Positions 46,599-55,381 of a DNA stretch of 64,000 nucleotides are shown here, piece by piece. Position 1 is the stretch's first letter, and each line of letters opens with the position of its first letter. The notes below the pieces were generated by a model. The model worked only from the letters and a program-made list of their open reading frames with translations. It was not told where the DNA came from and ran no database searches. The position numbers and the translations under genes were made by a program. Source of the DNA: an archaeon (lineage in GTDB: Archaea > B1Sed10-29 > JAJRYS01); contig JAJRYS010000016.1 of assembly GCA_024275665.1 (NCBI GenBank), forward strand, positions 3,050-67,049, read 5' to 3'.

Positions 46599-47294
46599 AT
46601 GATTGATGTTGATAAAGCAGTAATTGCCAGAATAACAAGAGCAGGGACTCGTTTTGAAATATTAGTAGATCCAGAGAAAGCTCATGAGTTCAAAGAAGGA
46701 GAAATTCCCCTTGATGATGTGGTAGCTGTTTTTGAAGTTTTCAAAGATGCTAGTAAGAGTGAGAAGCCTTCAGAAGAAGAATTGAAAAAAGCTTTTGGAA
46801 CTACAAAGTTTGAAGAAATAGCAAAGATAATACTTAAAAAAGGAGAAGTGCAGTTGACAACAGAACAAAAGAGGAAGATAAAAGAAGCAAAAGAAAACAA
46901 ATTAGTCTTTATGATTTCAAAGAATGCCGTAGACCCGCGCACTCATGCTCCTCATCCTCCTCAGAGGATTAAAAAAGCATTAGAAGAAGCAAAGTTTCAC
47001 ATTGATGTTTCAAGAAGTGTTGAAGAACAGTTGGAAAAAGCAGTGCAAGCAATAAGAAAAGTTCTTCCGTTAAAGTTTGAGACAGATAGGATAGCAGTAA
47101 AAGTTCCACCGCAGCATGCAGGTCCTGTTGCTGGTTTTCTTAAAAAGTATAAAGTTATGAAAGAAAACTGGGGGGAGGATGGGAGCTTGCTTGCGGTAAT
47201 TGAACTCCCAGCAGGATTGCAGGAAGAATTTTTCGGAAAAATAGGAAAAATTACTCATGGTTCTGCTGAGACAAAAGTAATTGAAAGAATCTGA
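46599..47294 (+). CDS. sdo1: Ribosome maturation protein SBDS/Sdo1
   Basis: FYSH N-domain (ARITRAGTRFEILVDPEKA), central and C-terminal SBDS domains; conserved superoperon position. Confidence 0.85.
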   Translation: MIDVDKAVIARITRAGTRFEILVDPEKAHEFKEGEIPLDDVVAVFEVFKDASKSEKPSEEELKKAFGTTKFEEIAKIILKKGEVQLTTEQKRKIKEAKENKLVFMISKNAVDPRTHAPHPPQRIKKALEEAKFHIDVSRSVEEQLEKAVQAIRKVLPLKFETDRIAVKVPPQHAGPVAGFLKKYKVMKENWGEDGSLLAVIELPAGLQEEFFGKIGKITHGSAETKVIERI

Positions 47295-47324
47295 ATTTTT
47301 TAGAAAAACAAAAAAGGAGTTGTT

Positions 47325-47915
47325 TTGAAGATGAAACAAATAATAACACCAGGTGAAAAAATACAAGGAAAAGTCAATAATTATGTTTACAGAAAAGGAG
47401 AAGAGCAATATGCAACCATTTATGGGTTGCTTTCTGAAAGAGAAGGATTTAACAAAATAGTTCCTTTGAAAGGCAAATACACTCCAGTAGAAGGGGACAT
47501 AGTGATAGGAATAATTACAGAAGTAAAGCACAACGGTTATTTTGTTGATATAAATTCTCCTTATTCTGGTTTTCTCATGAGCCAAAAGGAGTATAATCAT
47601 GGAGAGGTTGTGCTGGCTAAGATAATAAGAGTTGATGAAGTCAAAAGAGTGCTTTTAGGAGAAGACAGAAAACTAGTAGGAGGGAATATCATTGAAATTC
47701 TTCCAGTTAAGATTCCAAGAGTTATTGGAAAGAAAAATTCAATGCTTAACCTCATAAGAGAAAAAACAGGAAGCGAGATACTCGTAGGGAGGAATGGCAG
47801 AGTATGGATTAAAGGAGGAGATATTGCGAAGGCAGAAGAAGCAATATTCAGGATTGAAAGAGAAGCTCATACTACTGGACTTACTGAAAGAATTACTAAA
47901 ATGCTTGAAGAATGA
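47325..47915 (+). CDS. rrp4: Exosome RNA-binding cap subunit (Rrp4-like; S1 plus KH)
   Basis: S1 domain ([23 protein letters not shown]) followed by KH ([10 protein letters not shown]); short N-terminal domain, so Csl4 is not fully excluded. Confidence 0.6.
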   Translation: MKMKQIITPGEKIQGKVNNYVYRKGEEQYATIYGLLSEREGFNKIVPLKGKYTPVEGDIVIGIITEVKHNGYFVDINSPYSGFLMSQKEYNHGEVVLAKIIRVDEVKRVLLGEDRKLVGGNIIEILPVKIPRVIGKKNSMLNLIREKTGSEILVGRNGRVWIKGGDIAKAEEAIFRIEREAHTTGLTERITKMLEE

Positions 47916-48679
47916 AAAAAGAAGGTGAAAAGAAAATGGGAATGAAATCAGACGTGCAATTAATAAAGGATGGTAAAAGAATTGATGGAAGAAATTTTGA
48001 TGAGTTGAGGCCTTTGAAAATAGAAGCAGGAGTGCTTCATAGGGCTGACGGCTCATGCTATCTTGAATGGGGAGGAAACAAAGTAATAGCAGCTGTTTAC
48101 GGGCCGCGTGAATGCTTTCCAAGGCATGAGCAAGACCCATTGAAAGCAAGACTAACCTACAGGTATAATATGGCTCCTTTTTCAGTGGAAGACAGAAAAA
48201 GGCCAGGCCCAGACAGGCGTTCTATTGAAATATCCAAAGTATCAAGGCAAGCATTGGAAAGAGTAGTGTTCCTTGAATACTTCCCAAGAACAAGTATTGA
48301 CGTATTCGTGGAAATACTGCAAGCAGATGCTGGCACTAGGATTGCTGGAATAACAGCAGCATCAGTGGCACTCGCAGATGCTGGAATCCCGATGAGAGGT
48401 CTTGTTGCCGGTTGTGCTGCTGGAAAAGTAGATGATACAGTAGTGCTTGATCTTGGAAAAGAAGAAGACAACTATGGACAAGCAGACATGCCAGTAGCAA
48501 TGCTTGCAGGAACAGATGAAGTAGTGTTAATGCAAATGGATGGAGACTTTTCAAAAGAAGAGTTTGACCAAGCATTCGAACTAATAAGGAAGGGGATAAA
48601 ACAAGTATATGAAGAACAGAAAAGGGCATTGAAGGAAAAATATGAGAAAGGAATAGAAGGTGATATTAATGACCAATGA
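47912..48679 (+). CDS. rrp41: Exosome catalytic subunit Rrp41 (RNase PH fold)
   Basis: [26 protein letters not shown]...[16 protein letters not shown] RNase PH motifs. Confidence 0.85.
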   Translation: MKKEGEKKMGMKSDVQLIKDGKRIDGRNFDELRPLKIEAGVLHRADGSCYLEWGGNKVIAAVYGPRECFPRHEQDPLKARLTYRYNMAPFSVEDRKRPGPDRRSIEISKVSRQALERVVFLEYFPRTSIDVFVEILQADAGTRIAGITAASVALADAGIPMRGLVAGCAAGKVDDTVVLDLGKEEDNYGQADMPVAMLAGTDEVVLMQMDGDFSKEEFDQAFELIRKGIKQVYEEQKRALKEKYEKGIEGDINDQ

Positions 48680-49457
48680 AGACATCATATGGGAGATCAA
48701 GAAGAATCCTATAAAAGCGCTTGTCGAGTCAGGAAAAAGAGTTGATGGCAGGGCATTTGACGAGCATAGGGAAATAGAAATAATAAGAGACTTTTCCAAA
48801 AAAGCAGAAGGAAGTTGTTTAGTAAAACTTGGCAACACTCAAGTACTAGCAGGAGTTAAGTTAAGCATTGGAATTCCTTATCCTGATACTCCTGCAGAAG
48901 GAGCATTAAGCGTGGGAGCAGAACTTGTGCCAATAGCAGCTCCGATCTTCTACTCAGGCCCACCTAATGAAAATGCAATAGAATTAGCAAGAGTAGTTGA
49001 CAGAGGCATAAGGGAATCAAAAATGATTGAAATGGATAAGTTAGTCATAGAAGAAGGGGAAAAAGTATGGATGGTTTCAGTAGACCTCCACGTGTTAGAC
49101 TATGATGGAAACTTATTCGACGCATCCAACATAGCAGCAGTGAATGCTTTATTAAACACTTTTGTCCCAAAATACGAAGATGACAAGATAATAAGAGAAA
49201 AGCAAATGGATTTGCCAGTAAGAGAAAAGCCATTGTCATTCACTTTCGTTAAGATAGGAGCTAAAAACCTCTTAGACCCCTCATTAGTGGAGGAAAAAAT
49301 AAAAGATGCTGAAATGACGATAACGCTAACAGAAGACAACCACTTGTGCGCCATGCAGAAAGGAGGAACATACCCTTACTATAAAGAAGACCTTGACGAA
49401 ATGATAGACACAGCTATCAGAGTCTCAAAAAACTTGAGAAAGAAAGTATTTGAATGA
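48660..49457 (+). CDS. rrp42: Exosome subunit Rrp42 (RNase PH-like, non-catalytic)
   Basis: [15 protein letters not shown]...[16 protein letters not shown]; overlaps rrp41 by 20 nt. Confidence 0.8.
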   Translation: MILMTNEDIIWEIKKNPIKALVESGKRVDGRAFDEHREIEIIRDFSKKAEGSCLVKLGNTQVLAGVKLSIGIPYPDTPAEGALSVGAELVPIAAPIFYSGPPNENAIELARVVDRGIRESKMIEMDKLVIEEGEKVWMVSVDLHVLDYDGNLFDASNIAAVNALLNTFVPKYEDDKIIREKQMDLPVREKPLSFTFVKIGAKNLLDPSLVEEKIKDAEMTITLTEDNHLCAMQKGGTYPYYKEDLDEMIDTAIRVSKNLRKKVFE

Positions 49458-49473
49458 AAAAAGGTGAGTTTTA

Positions 49474-49785
49474 ATGGCTAAGACTAAACTCGGTTCAGCA
49501 AGCAGGTATGGGGCAAGATACAGTACTCCTTTAAAGCAAATAGTAAGAGACATAGAAGAAATCCAGAAAAAGAAACAAGTATGCCCTGTCTGCGGTAGAA
49601 AATCACTTAAAAGGAAAGGAAACAGCATATGGGAGTGCTCTAAATGCGGGGCAGTAATAGCAGGAGGAGCCTACGAGCCTACTACCAAAGTAGGAGAAGC
49701 AGTTAGGAAGATAGTATCAAGACAGAAACCAGTAACATTAGAAGAAGTTGAAAAAGTAGAAGAGTTGGAAGAAGAGGCGGTTTGA
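49474..49785 (+). CDS. rpl37ae: Ribosomal protein L37ae (eL43)
   Basis: [10 protein letters not shown]...CPVCGRK...WECSKCG zinc ribbon. Confidence 0.85.
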   Translation: MAKTKLGSASRYGARYSTPLKQIVRDIEEIQKKKQVCPVCGRKSLKRKGNSIWECSKCGAVIAGGAYEPTTKVGEAVRKIVSRQKPVTLEEVEKVEELEEEAV

Positions 49786-49786
49786 A

Positions 49787-49915
49787 ATGGCTTGGAAATG
49801 CTTCAGTTGTGGTAAAACAGTAGATGATATTAAAACAGTAAGATGTCCTTATTGCGGTTACAGGATTCTCATAAAAGAAAGACCACCAATAGTGAGGAGA
49901 GTAAAAACTGATTAA
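49787..49915 (+). CDS. rpoP: DNA-directed RNA polymerase subunit P (Rpo12/RpoP), 42 aa, below the track cut-off
   Basis: [10 protein letters not shown]...[10 protein letters not shown] zinc ribbon, 1 nt after the L37ae stop; conserved superoperon position. Confidence 0.7.
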   Translation: MAWKCFSCGKTVDDIKTVRCPYCGYRILIKERPPIVRRVKTD

Positions 49916-49917
49916 TC

Positions 49918-50361
49918 ATGTTGCTCATAACAACTTCAAGAAAACCAAGCAGAAACACAAGAGCTTTTGCTAGGACTCTTGCTAACCTTATCCCTCATTC
50001 CCAGTACCTGACCAGAGGAAATAAAAACATACAATCCTTAATAGAAGAAGCGAGAGTAAGAGGATTTGAAAAAATACTAATAATACATGACAAGAACGGA
50101 AATCCCTCAGCTCTTTCTTTCATAAGAGTTACAAGAAAAGACTGGGAATGGGAAGAGGAAATAGTTTTAAAAGGAATCTTCTTTGAAAGAACCAAAAAGA
50201 AATTCACACAAGCAGATGCTGACGAGTTCACTTCAAAACTGTTCAACATACTACCAGAAGAATCAGAATTGTTAATAAAAAAAGAAGATAATGTGATAAT
50301 AATAAAAAATGATGAAAAAAAGCTTATGAAAATGAAGATAAAAGAGGAGGGGAAAAAATGA
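49918..50361 (+). CDS. Brix-domain (Imp4-like) ribosome biogenesis protein
   Basis: MLLITTSRKPSRNTRAFARTLANLIP Brix N-terminal signature. Confidence 0.75.
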   Translation: MLLITTSRKPSRNTRAFARTLANLIPHSQYLTRGNKNIQSLIEEARVRGFEKILIIHDKNGNPSALSFIRVTRKDWEWEEEIVLKGIFFERTKKKFTQADADEFTSKLFNILPEESELLIKKEDNVIIIKNDEKKLMKMKIKEEGKK

Positions 50362-50678
50362 ATGAAGGAGAAAAACTAGCCCAACAGCTTGAAAACCTGA
50401 ATGCTCAAACCCAGATGCTTGCAATGGAAAAACAAAGGTTTGAATTCGAAATAGAGCAAATGAAGCACGCTTTAGAACATCTTGAAAAAACAAACGGAAA
50501 AGCATTCAAAGCAGTAGGAGCATTCCTGCTGGAAGCAAAACCAGAGGATTTGAAAAAAGAGATAAAAGAAAAGCTTGAAAAATTCGAAGAAAGAATAAAA
50601 ACACTTGAAAAACAAGAGCAAAGAATCAACTCCAAGAAAGAAGAAATTCAGAAAAAACTAAAAGAAATGACAAGCTGA
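50358..50678 (+). CDS. pfdB: Prefoldin beta subunit
   Basis: Two coiled-coil helices around a beta hairpin, about 106 aa; conserved superoperon position. Confidence 0.75.
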   Translation: MNEGEKLAQQLENLNAQTQMLAMEKQRFEFEIEQMKHALEHLEKTNGKAFKAVGAFLLEAKPEDLKKEIKEKLEKFEERIKTLEKQEQRINSKKEEIQKKLKEMTS

Positions 50679-50697
50679 ACACAGGAGGCTTGTTCTT

Positions 50698-51597
50698 TTG
50701 GAAACCCTTATAGTCACTCATGGGTCTCCTGATGTTGATGCAGTGGCCTCAGCAGCAGGAGCCAAAGAGTTATACGGTGGGAAGATATGCATTCCCAATG
50801 GCTTGAACCAGAAAACTGAAAAAATAGCCAAGTTATTAGACTTAGAACCGCTTGGGTATTATGAGGGGAAGATAGAAAAGTTAGTAGTAGTGGACACTAC
50901 TGACTTGTCATGGGTTGAAAACTTCTTGAAAAACGCTGAAGAAAAAATACTAATAGACCACCACGCGTTCAACCCAGAGTACGCTGCATTGTTCGACGAA
51001 GTAATAGTAAGAGAAAAGAGCTCTTGTTCTGAAATAATATATGGGTTAATGAAAGAGAAAAGAGTTAAAGTAAGCAAGGAACTTGCTCTTGCGTTTGCAG
51101 CAGCTATTTTCACTGATTCTGCTGGCTTTAAAACAGCAGACGCTAGCACTTTCAAAACACTAAGCGAGCTGCTGGAACTGTCTGGTAAGAAGTTCAGCAA
51201 CGTCCTCGAATTAGTTAGTGTTGAAAAAGAACAATCCTTGAGAATAGCAGTGTTGAAAGCAGCGCAAAGACTTGAGATAAACAAGGTGAATGATTACCTC
51301 GTGATAGTCACGCGCGTTAGCGCTTTCGAATCAGCAGTAGCAAACGCTTTGATGGCTCTTGGAGCAGATGTGGTAATAGTAGTGAACGAAGAAGAGAAGA
51401 GGATAGAAGCACGCGCGAGAATGAGTTTGGTGGATAAGGGGTTTAATCTTGGATTGATAATGCAAGAAATCCAAGACAATGGCTGTAACGGAGGAGGGCA
51501 TGCTGGAGCAGCTGGAATCAACTGCGAAGACGGAGTAAAACAAATTGAAGAAAGAGTGCTTGAAAAAATAAAGGGAAAATTAGCAACCATGCGTTAG
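50698..51597 (+). CDS. DHH/DHHA1-family phosphoesterase (NrnA-like)
   Basis: HGSPDVDAVAS (motif I), DHH (IDHHAF), C-terminal GGGHAGAAG DHHA1 motif. Confidence 0.7.
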   Translation: METLIVTHGSPDVDAVASAAGAKELYGGKICIPNGLNQKTEKIAKLLDLEPLGYYEGKIEKLVVVDTTDLSWVENFLKNAEEKILIDHHAFNPEYAALFDEVIVREKSSCSEIIYGLMKEKRVKVSKELALAFAAAIFTDSAGFKTADASTFKTLSELLELSGKKFSNVLELVSVEKEQSLRIAVLKAAQRLEINKVNDYLVIVTRVSAFESAVANALMALGADVVIVVNEEEKRIEARARMSLVDKGFNLGLIMQEIQDNGCNGGGHAGAAGINCEDGVKQIEERVLEKIKGKLATMR

Positions 51598-51637
51598 TTT
51601 TAAAAACAATTCCCGTGTTATTATTTTCAAAGGAGGT

Positions 51638-51880
51638 ATGTTCATGCACAAACTGAGTGACATTTACGGTAGGAAGATTTACGATAAGGATAGTGGTTTT
51701 AAGGGCGTTGCTCACGACGTCTTAATAGACCCAGTTGATGGGAGGATAAAGTTCTTGCTCAAGGAAGAAGCTACTTCCATTCTTGGAAGAGACAGAACTG
51801 CTGCTAAGAAGTTCATAAAAGAAAACTTCATTCCTTTTGAGAGAGTAAAGGCAATTGGTGACATTATACTAGTGGGGTGA
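51638..51880 (+). CDS. PRC-barrel domain protein
   Basis: About 80 aa; G-rich beta-barrel pattern (GRKIYDKDSGFKGVAHDVLID...DGRIKFLLK). Confidence 0.5.
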   Translation: MFMHKLSDIYGRKIYDKDSGFKGVAHDVLIDPVDGRIKFLLKEEATSILGRDRTAAKKFIKENFIPFERVKAIGDIILVG

Positions 51881-51886
51881 ATTAAA

Positions 51887-52129
51887 GTGAAACCTGTTCT
51901 TGGAAAAAACTTAAGAGGAAAAAAGGCTGTGTCCACTACTGGAGTGGAATTAGGAGAGGTTATTGACGCTTACTTCGAGTTAGGCGGTTCCCTGATTTCT
52001 TTGGTGATAAAACCAGAGGAAGGAGTAAAAGAAGTGAGAGACTACCTTGATTCTAATGGCTTGCTTAATATTCCGTTCGAAGATGTGAAAGCAATAAGCA
52101 AGTATGTGGTCGTGAACTTCCCAAAGTGA
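51887..52129 (+). CDS. PRC-barrel domain protein (tandem paralog)
   Basis: LGKNLRGKKAVSTTGVELGEVIDAYFEL...LVIK pattern. Confidence 0.5.
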   Translation: MKPVLGKNLRGKKAVSTTGVELGEVIDAYFELGGSLISLVIKPEEGVKEVRDYLDSNGLLNIPFEDVKAISKYVVVNFPK

Positions 52130-52217
52130 AGTTCACTGGTTTTTTATGTTCCTTATTTCCAATAACTTGTTTTTGTTTTTTTTCCTCATGCTTATTTTCA
52201 AAAAATAGTAATGGTGT

Positions 52218-52283
52218 GAAGGGAGATGGAAGAGACGCTTCATCTTCCCTTTTGGCTGGGTGAGCCTGTCTCTCATCCCCTTC
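52218..52283 (+). repeat. Structured element copy A; conserved core CCTTTTGGCTGGGTGAGCCTGTC enclosed by a long imperfect stem
   Basis: GAAGGGAGATGGAAGAGAC pairs with GTCTCTCATCCCCTTC around the core; a second copy lies downstream of lrp. Confidence 0.45.
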
Positions 52284-52394
52284 AGCTCTTAACGGGGTTG
52301 TTCAGTTTTACCACATCCACCCCCTGCTTATTAGTAAACCCTAACAAATATAAAAGCCTGCTGGCATAAAATAATAAAAAATATTCTTTACAAG

Positions 52395-52898
52395 GTGTCG
52401 TTCTTGAATAAGAAAAACTTACAATTGGATGATATCGACAAGACTATTATTAAAACACTGTCCAGTGATTCCCGTAAGTCTTCAAGGCAGCTTGCTTCAG
52501 AACTCGGTGTGTCTCATCAGACTGTTCTCTCGCGTATAAGACAGCTTGAAAAAGCAGGAGTGATAAAACAATACACTCTCGTAGTTGATTTTGACAAGGT
52601 TGGTTTTCCAGTGAAGACAATGACTCTCATAGAAGCAGGAAAGCTTGGTGATACTGGTTTTAGGAAAATAGAAGAATACTTGAAGTCAGAGCCGTGTTTC
52701 ATTTCAGCTTCTCAGCTTGACGGCACTTTTGACTTATACGTAGTAGGAGTTTTCAGGGACCAGAAGGAGGCCAAGGAAAAGCTCTTAGAACTTAGGAACG
52801 TATTAAGCAAGCATGTTGATTTGAAATCTTTTAAAAATCATGCTATTTGGCAGACCATAAAGCACACGCACAGTGTCAATATTTCCTTAGACGAATGA
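52395..52898 (+). CDS. lrp: Lrp/AsnC-family transcriptional regulator
   Basis: N-terminal HTH (LDDIDKTIIKTLSSDSRKSSRQLASELGVSHQTVLSRIRQLEKAGVI) plus a C-terminal RAM domain. Confidence 0.75.
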   Translation: MSFLNKKNLQLDDIDKTIIKTLSSDSRKSSRQLASELGVSHQTVLSRIRQLEKAGVIKQYTLVVDFDKVGFPVKTMTLIEAGKLGDTGFRKIEEYLKSEPCFISASQLDGTFDLYVVGVFRDQKEAKEKLLELRNVLSKHVDLKSFKNHAIWQTIKHTHSVNISLDE

Positions 52899-52954
52899 CG
52901 ATAAAGCGAAAGGTTTATATATTCGTTTTTAATAAATGTTTAATTGCGCTTTCT

Positions 52955-53029
52955 AGGAGAGGATTCGCATTTCCCTCTTTCTAGGGTAGGATGCTCTTTT
53001 GGCTGGGTGAGCTTGTCCTTATCCTCTCC
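52955..53029 (+). repeat. Structured element copy B; core CTCTTTTGGCTGGGTGAGCTTGTCC enclosed by the stem AGGAGAGGAT / ATCCTCTCC
   Basis: About 80% identity to the core of copy A; closing helix differs in sequence but remains self-complementary. Confidence 0.45.
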
Positions 53030-53132
53030 GCCCATTTTTCACTGAAAACAACAGCCTTAAGGCTATTCAACTTATTTTAACAAAAACTCTTTTCGTCTAA
53101 CGTCAAACTCTAATACGTTAATTATTTAAACG

Positions 53133-53834
53133 TTGATTGTGGTAAAAATAAGCATGGACAAACTGGCTTTAAGCATTGCAGGAGAAATAACACTAAGCGA
53201 GAATCCAGGATCTTCTCTGAAGAAATGGCGTGAAATATTCGGAATCACGCAAACAGAACTAGCAGAGTATTTGAACGTTACTCCTTCAACAATATCAGAC
53301 TACGAGGCAAGCAGGAGGAAAAGCCCTGGAATCAGCGTGATCAAAAGATTTGTTAATGCGATAATAGAAATTGACAGACAAAAAGGAGGATGGGTTGCTA
53401 AGAAATTCAGGACACAGACAGAAACAGAAGCTTATCAAATAATAGACTTGCCAAAACACATGACTGCTTATGAGTTCTGCAAGAGGATAGAAGCAAACAT
53501 AGTTACTAATAAAGACATTGCTAAGAAAGCAAGAGTATATTCTGCTACTATAGTGGATTCTATGAAAGCAATACTAGAACTGCCTGCAAGCGAGTTCATA
53601 AAGATTTATGGTTCCACTACTGAACGTGCTTTGATATTCACTGATGTAACAATGGGCAGGAGTCCAATGGTTGCAATAAGAGTGACAGAGTTAAAACCTT
53701 CAGTGGTAATACTTCATAATGTGGCAGAAGTCGACAAGATTGCAAGAAAAATTTCAGAAGTTGAGAAAGTGCCGATAGCAACCACTTTACTCCCACTGGA
53801 TGAAGTGAAGAAGAGAATAATAAGCAAGGCTTAA
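53133..53834 (+). CDS. XRE-family helix-turn-helix transcriptional regulator with a C-terminal domain of unknown function
   Basis: LKKWREIFGITQTELAEYLNVTPSTISDYEASRRKSP is a canonical HTH_XRE; the true start may be the internal MDKLAL (53155). Confidence 0.5.
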   Translation: MIVVKISMDKLALSIAGEITLSENPGSSLKKWREIFGITQTELAEYLNVTPSTISDYEASRRKSPGISVIKRFVNAIIEIDRQKGGWVAKKFRTQTETEAYQIIDLPKHMTAYEFCKRIEANIVTNKDIAKKARVYSATIVDSMKAILELPASEFIKIYGSTTERALIFTDVTMGRSPMVAIRVTELKPSVVILHNVAEVDKIARKISEVEKVPIATTLLPLDEVKKRIISKA

Positions 53835-54454
53835 ATTAGTTCAAATGCTTTTTCTTTTAATTTTCCCTTATTAATGCCGAGGTTTTCTACTATTACAACA
53901 CCAACTGGCAGGTTTGCTTTCACTGCTTCAGGCAAGTATTCTTTGGAAACAACAAGCATTTTCTTAGGGCTGAGGAAAAAGAAAGCTTGCTTCAATTCTA
54001 CTAAATCACTTGGCTTGAATTCATCCCTGGCAAAAACAAGCAAATGAATATTGTTCTTCCTGCTAAGCAAGCGAGTGCTTAACTCATTTGCAGTTCGGCT
54101 TGTTAGAAATTCATAAGTGCTCATCATCTTCTCAGTTGTTTTATCAATATTATAAAGAGAATTTTTTCCCCTGATTATTACGATTTCAGGAATAAGAGTT
54201 TTTAGCCCTTCAGAATAATAGTAGAAAACAGGCCTCAGCCAAACAGAGTATTTCTCATCTTTTTCAAAAACAACATCAGGTGGCTTTATAGTTGGGTTGA
54301 ATTTATTTTCATCAACTATCCTCACTGTCTCTTCAGCACTTATTACTATGTTCTTAGCATTAGCTCCTTTAATCAAAATCATCAAGCACTCTAATGCAAA
54401 GTCCTTGTTCCTTTTCTTAGGTTTTTCAAATTCAAGCATGTTTATTACTAACAC
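53831..54454 (-). CDS. Hypothetical protein (207 aa)
   Basis: ORF only; 4-nt overlap with the convergent XRE gene. Confidence 0.3.
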   Translation of the reverse strand: MLVINMLEFEKPKKRNKDFALECLMILIKGANAKNIVISAEETVRIVDENKFNPTIKPPDVVFEKDEKYSVWLRPVFYYYSEGLKTLIPEIVIIRGKNSLYNIDKTTEKMMSTYEFLTSRTANELSTRLLSRKNNIHLLVFARDEFKPSDLVELKQAFFFLSPKKMLVVSKEYLPEAVKANLPVGVVIVENLGINKGKLKEKAFELI

Positions 54455-54481
54455 TGTTGTTGAATAAAAAACAAAAGGAAA

Positions 54482-54517
54482 GCCTCCTGCTATTAATGAA
54501 TGCTGAAGGCAGGAGGC
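54482..54517. other. Perfect 9-bp stem hairpin (GCCTCCTGC...GCAGGAGGC) with an 18-nt loop in the 280-nt intergenic region
   Basis: Inverted repeat visible directly in the sequence. Confidence 0.5.
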
Positions 54518-54566
54518 AATAAAAGCATGGCTGTAAAAACGAAGAGAAATAGTTTAACAAGAACAA

Positions 54567-54633
54567 GGCTCTGAGCTCAGGCGTGAGAAGCTTTTCTCTT
54601 CTCAGCTTACCCCCTTTCGGTCTCAGAGAGCCC
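54567..54633. ncRNA. Candidate small structured RNA or regulatory element
   Basis: GGCTCTGAG...CTCAGAGAGCC outer helix enclosing the inner hairpin TGAGAAG-CTTTTCT-CTTCTCA and a C-rich loop; lies in an otherwise AT-rich intergenic region. Confidence 0.25.
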
Positions 54634-54734
54634 TACTAAGGAGGCCTAAGTTTCTCGCCTGTTCAAGTCATATCTCTTTTAGCCAAAGACATATTTAAAA
54701 CTTTTCTGCAAAAACTTTTCCTTGCCATTTGTAA

Positions 54735-55340
54735 TTAATTCCTCTCCTTATAACGTTCTTCTTCTTCCTTCATAATGCTGTTTTCCAGGTAATAATCAAT
54801 GAACTCTTCGAACTTTTCCTTGCGAACAAAGAACACTCCTTTGTGAAAAGCCCAGTCAACAGGCTTGTTATTCAAAAGAATCTCATAATCTACTACTGCT
54901 ACTGGAACAGGCTCGTGGTTTTCCCCTTTTAGTCTTAAGAAAGCTTTTGAAAGCAACCCTTCTCCTTTGCACTGCAACAGCAACTGCCTGCCAGAATCCT
55001 TGAATACTTTTATGCCGTCAGCAAACACTGCTTCCAGTCTTATGCCATCCTCGCTGATGCTTAACTGTTTCTTAACACCATTAGATGCTTTTTCTTCTAT
55101 TGCAAAAGCAGCTCTGTCAGTCCAAGCCAGTAAGTCCACTTGTCTTGTCAAATGTTCTCTTGGAAGCATCCTGTTTTCCTGCAGCAACTTAATTGCTTCC
55201 TTCTGATTCCTGGGATCAGTTCTTGTTAGAAAATCAGTAATCCTTTGTTGCTCGAGCTTGTGGATGCATTCAAACCCTTTCTTCTTAACAATCCTGTAAA
55301 GTTCTAGTTCTCCTTCCAAACCCAGAAGCGTCACCCTCAA
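54735..55340 (-). CDS. Hjc-like PD-(D/E)xK nuclease-fold protein with a roughly 40-aa insertion and C-terminal extension
   Basis: N-terminus GLEGELELYRIVKKKGFECI resembles Hjc [26 protein letters not shown]...FAIEEK resembles Hjc VDLVAG...LCIEVK (D...ExK catalytic motif). Confidence 0.4.
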   Translation of the reverse strand: MRVTLLGLEGELELYRIVKKKGFECIHKLEQQRITDFLTRTDPRNQKEAIKLLQENRMLPREHLTRQVDLLAWTDRAAFAIEEKASNGVKKQLSISEDGIRLEAVFADGIKVFKDSGRQLLLQCKGEGLLSKAFLRLKGENHEPVPVAVVDYEILLNNKPVDWAFHKGVFFVRKEKFEEFIDYYLENSIMKEEEERYKERN

Positions 55341-55381
55341 GCATAAAAAAGCAATACGAGTTTTTAAAAGTTGCTTAATGT

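Noticed and set aside
54455-54734. SRP (7S) RNA or RNase P RNA in the long intergenic region
   Set aside because: The region is too AT-rich and lacks the conserved motifs (GNAR-capped helix 8 with AGCA-type internal loop; P4 AGGAAAGUCC-type motif). Only local hairpins are present, so it is kept as a generic candidate sRNA
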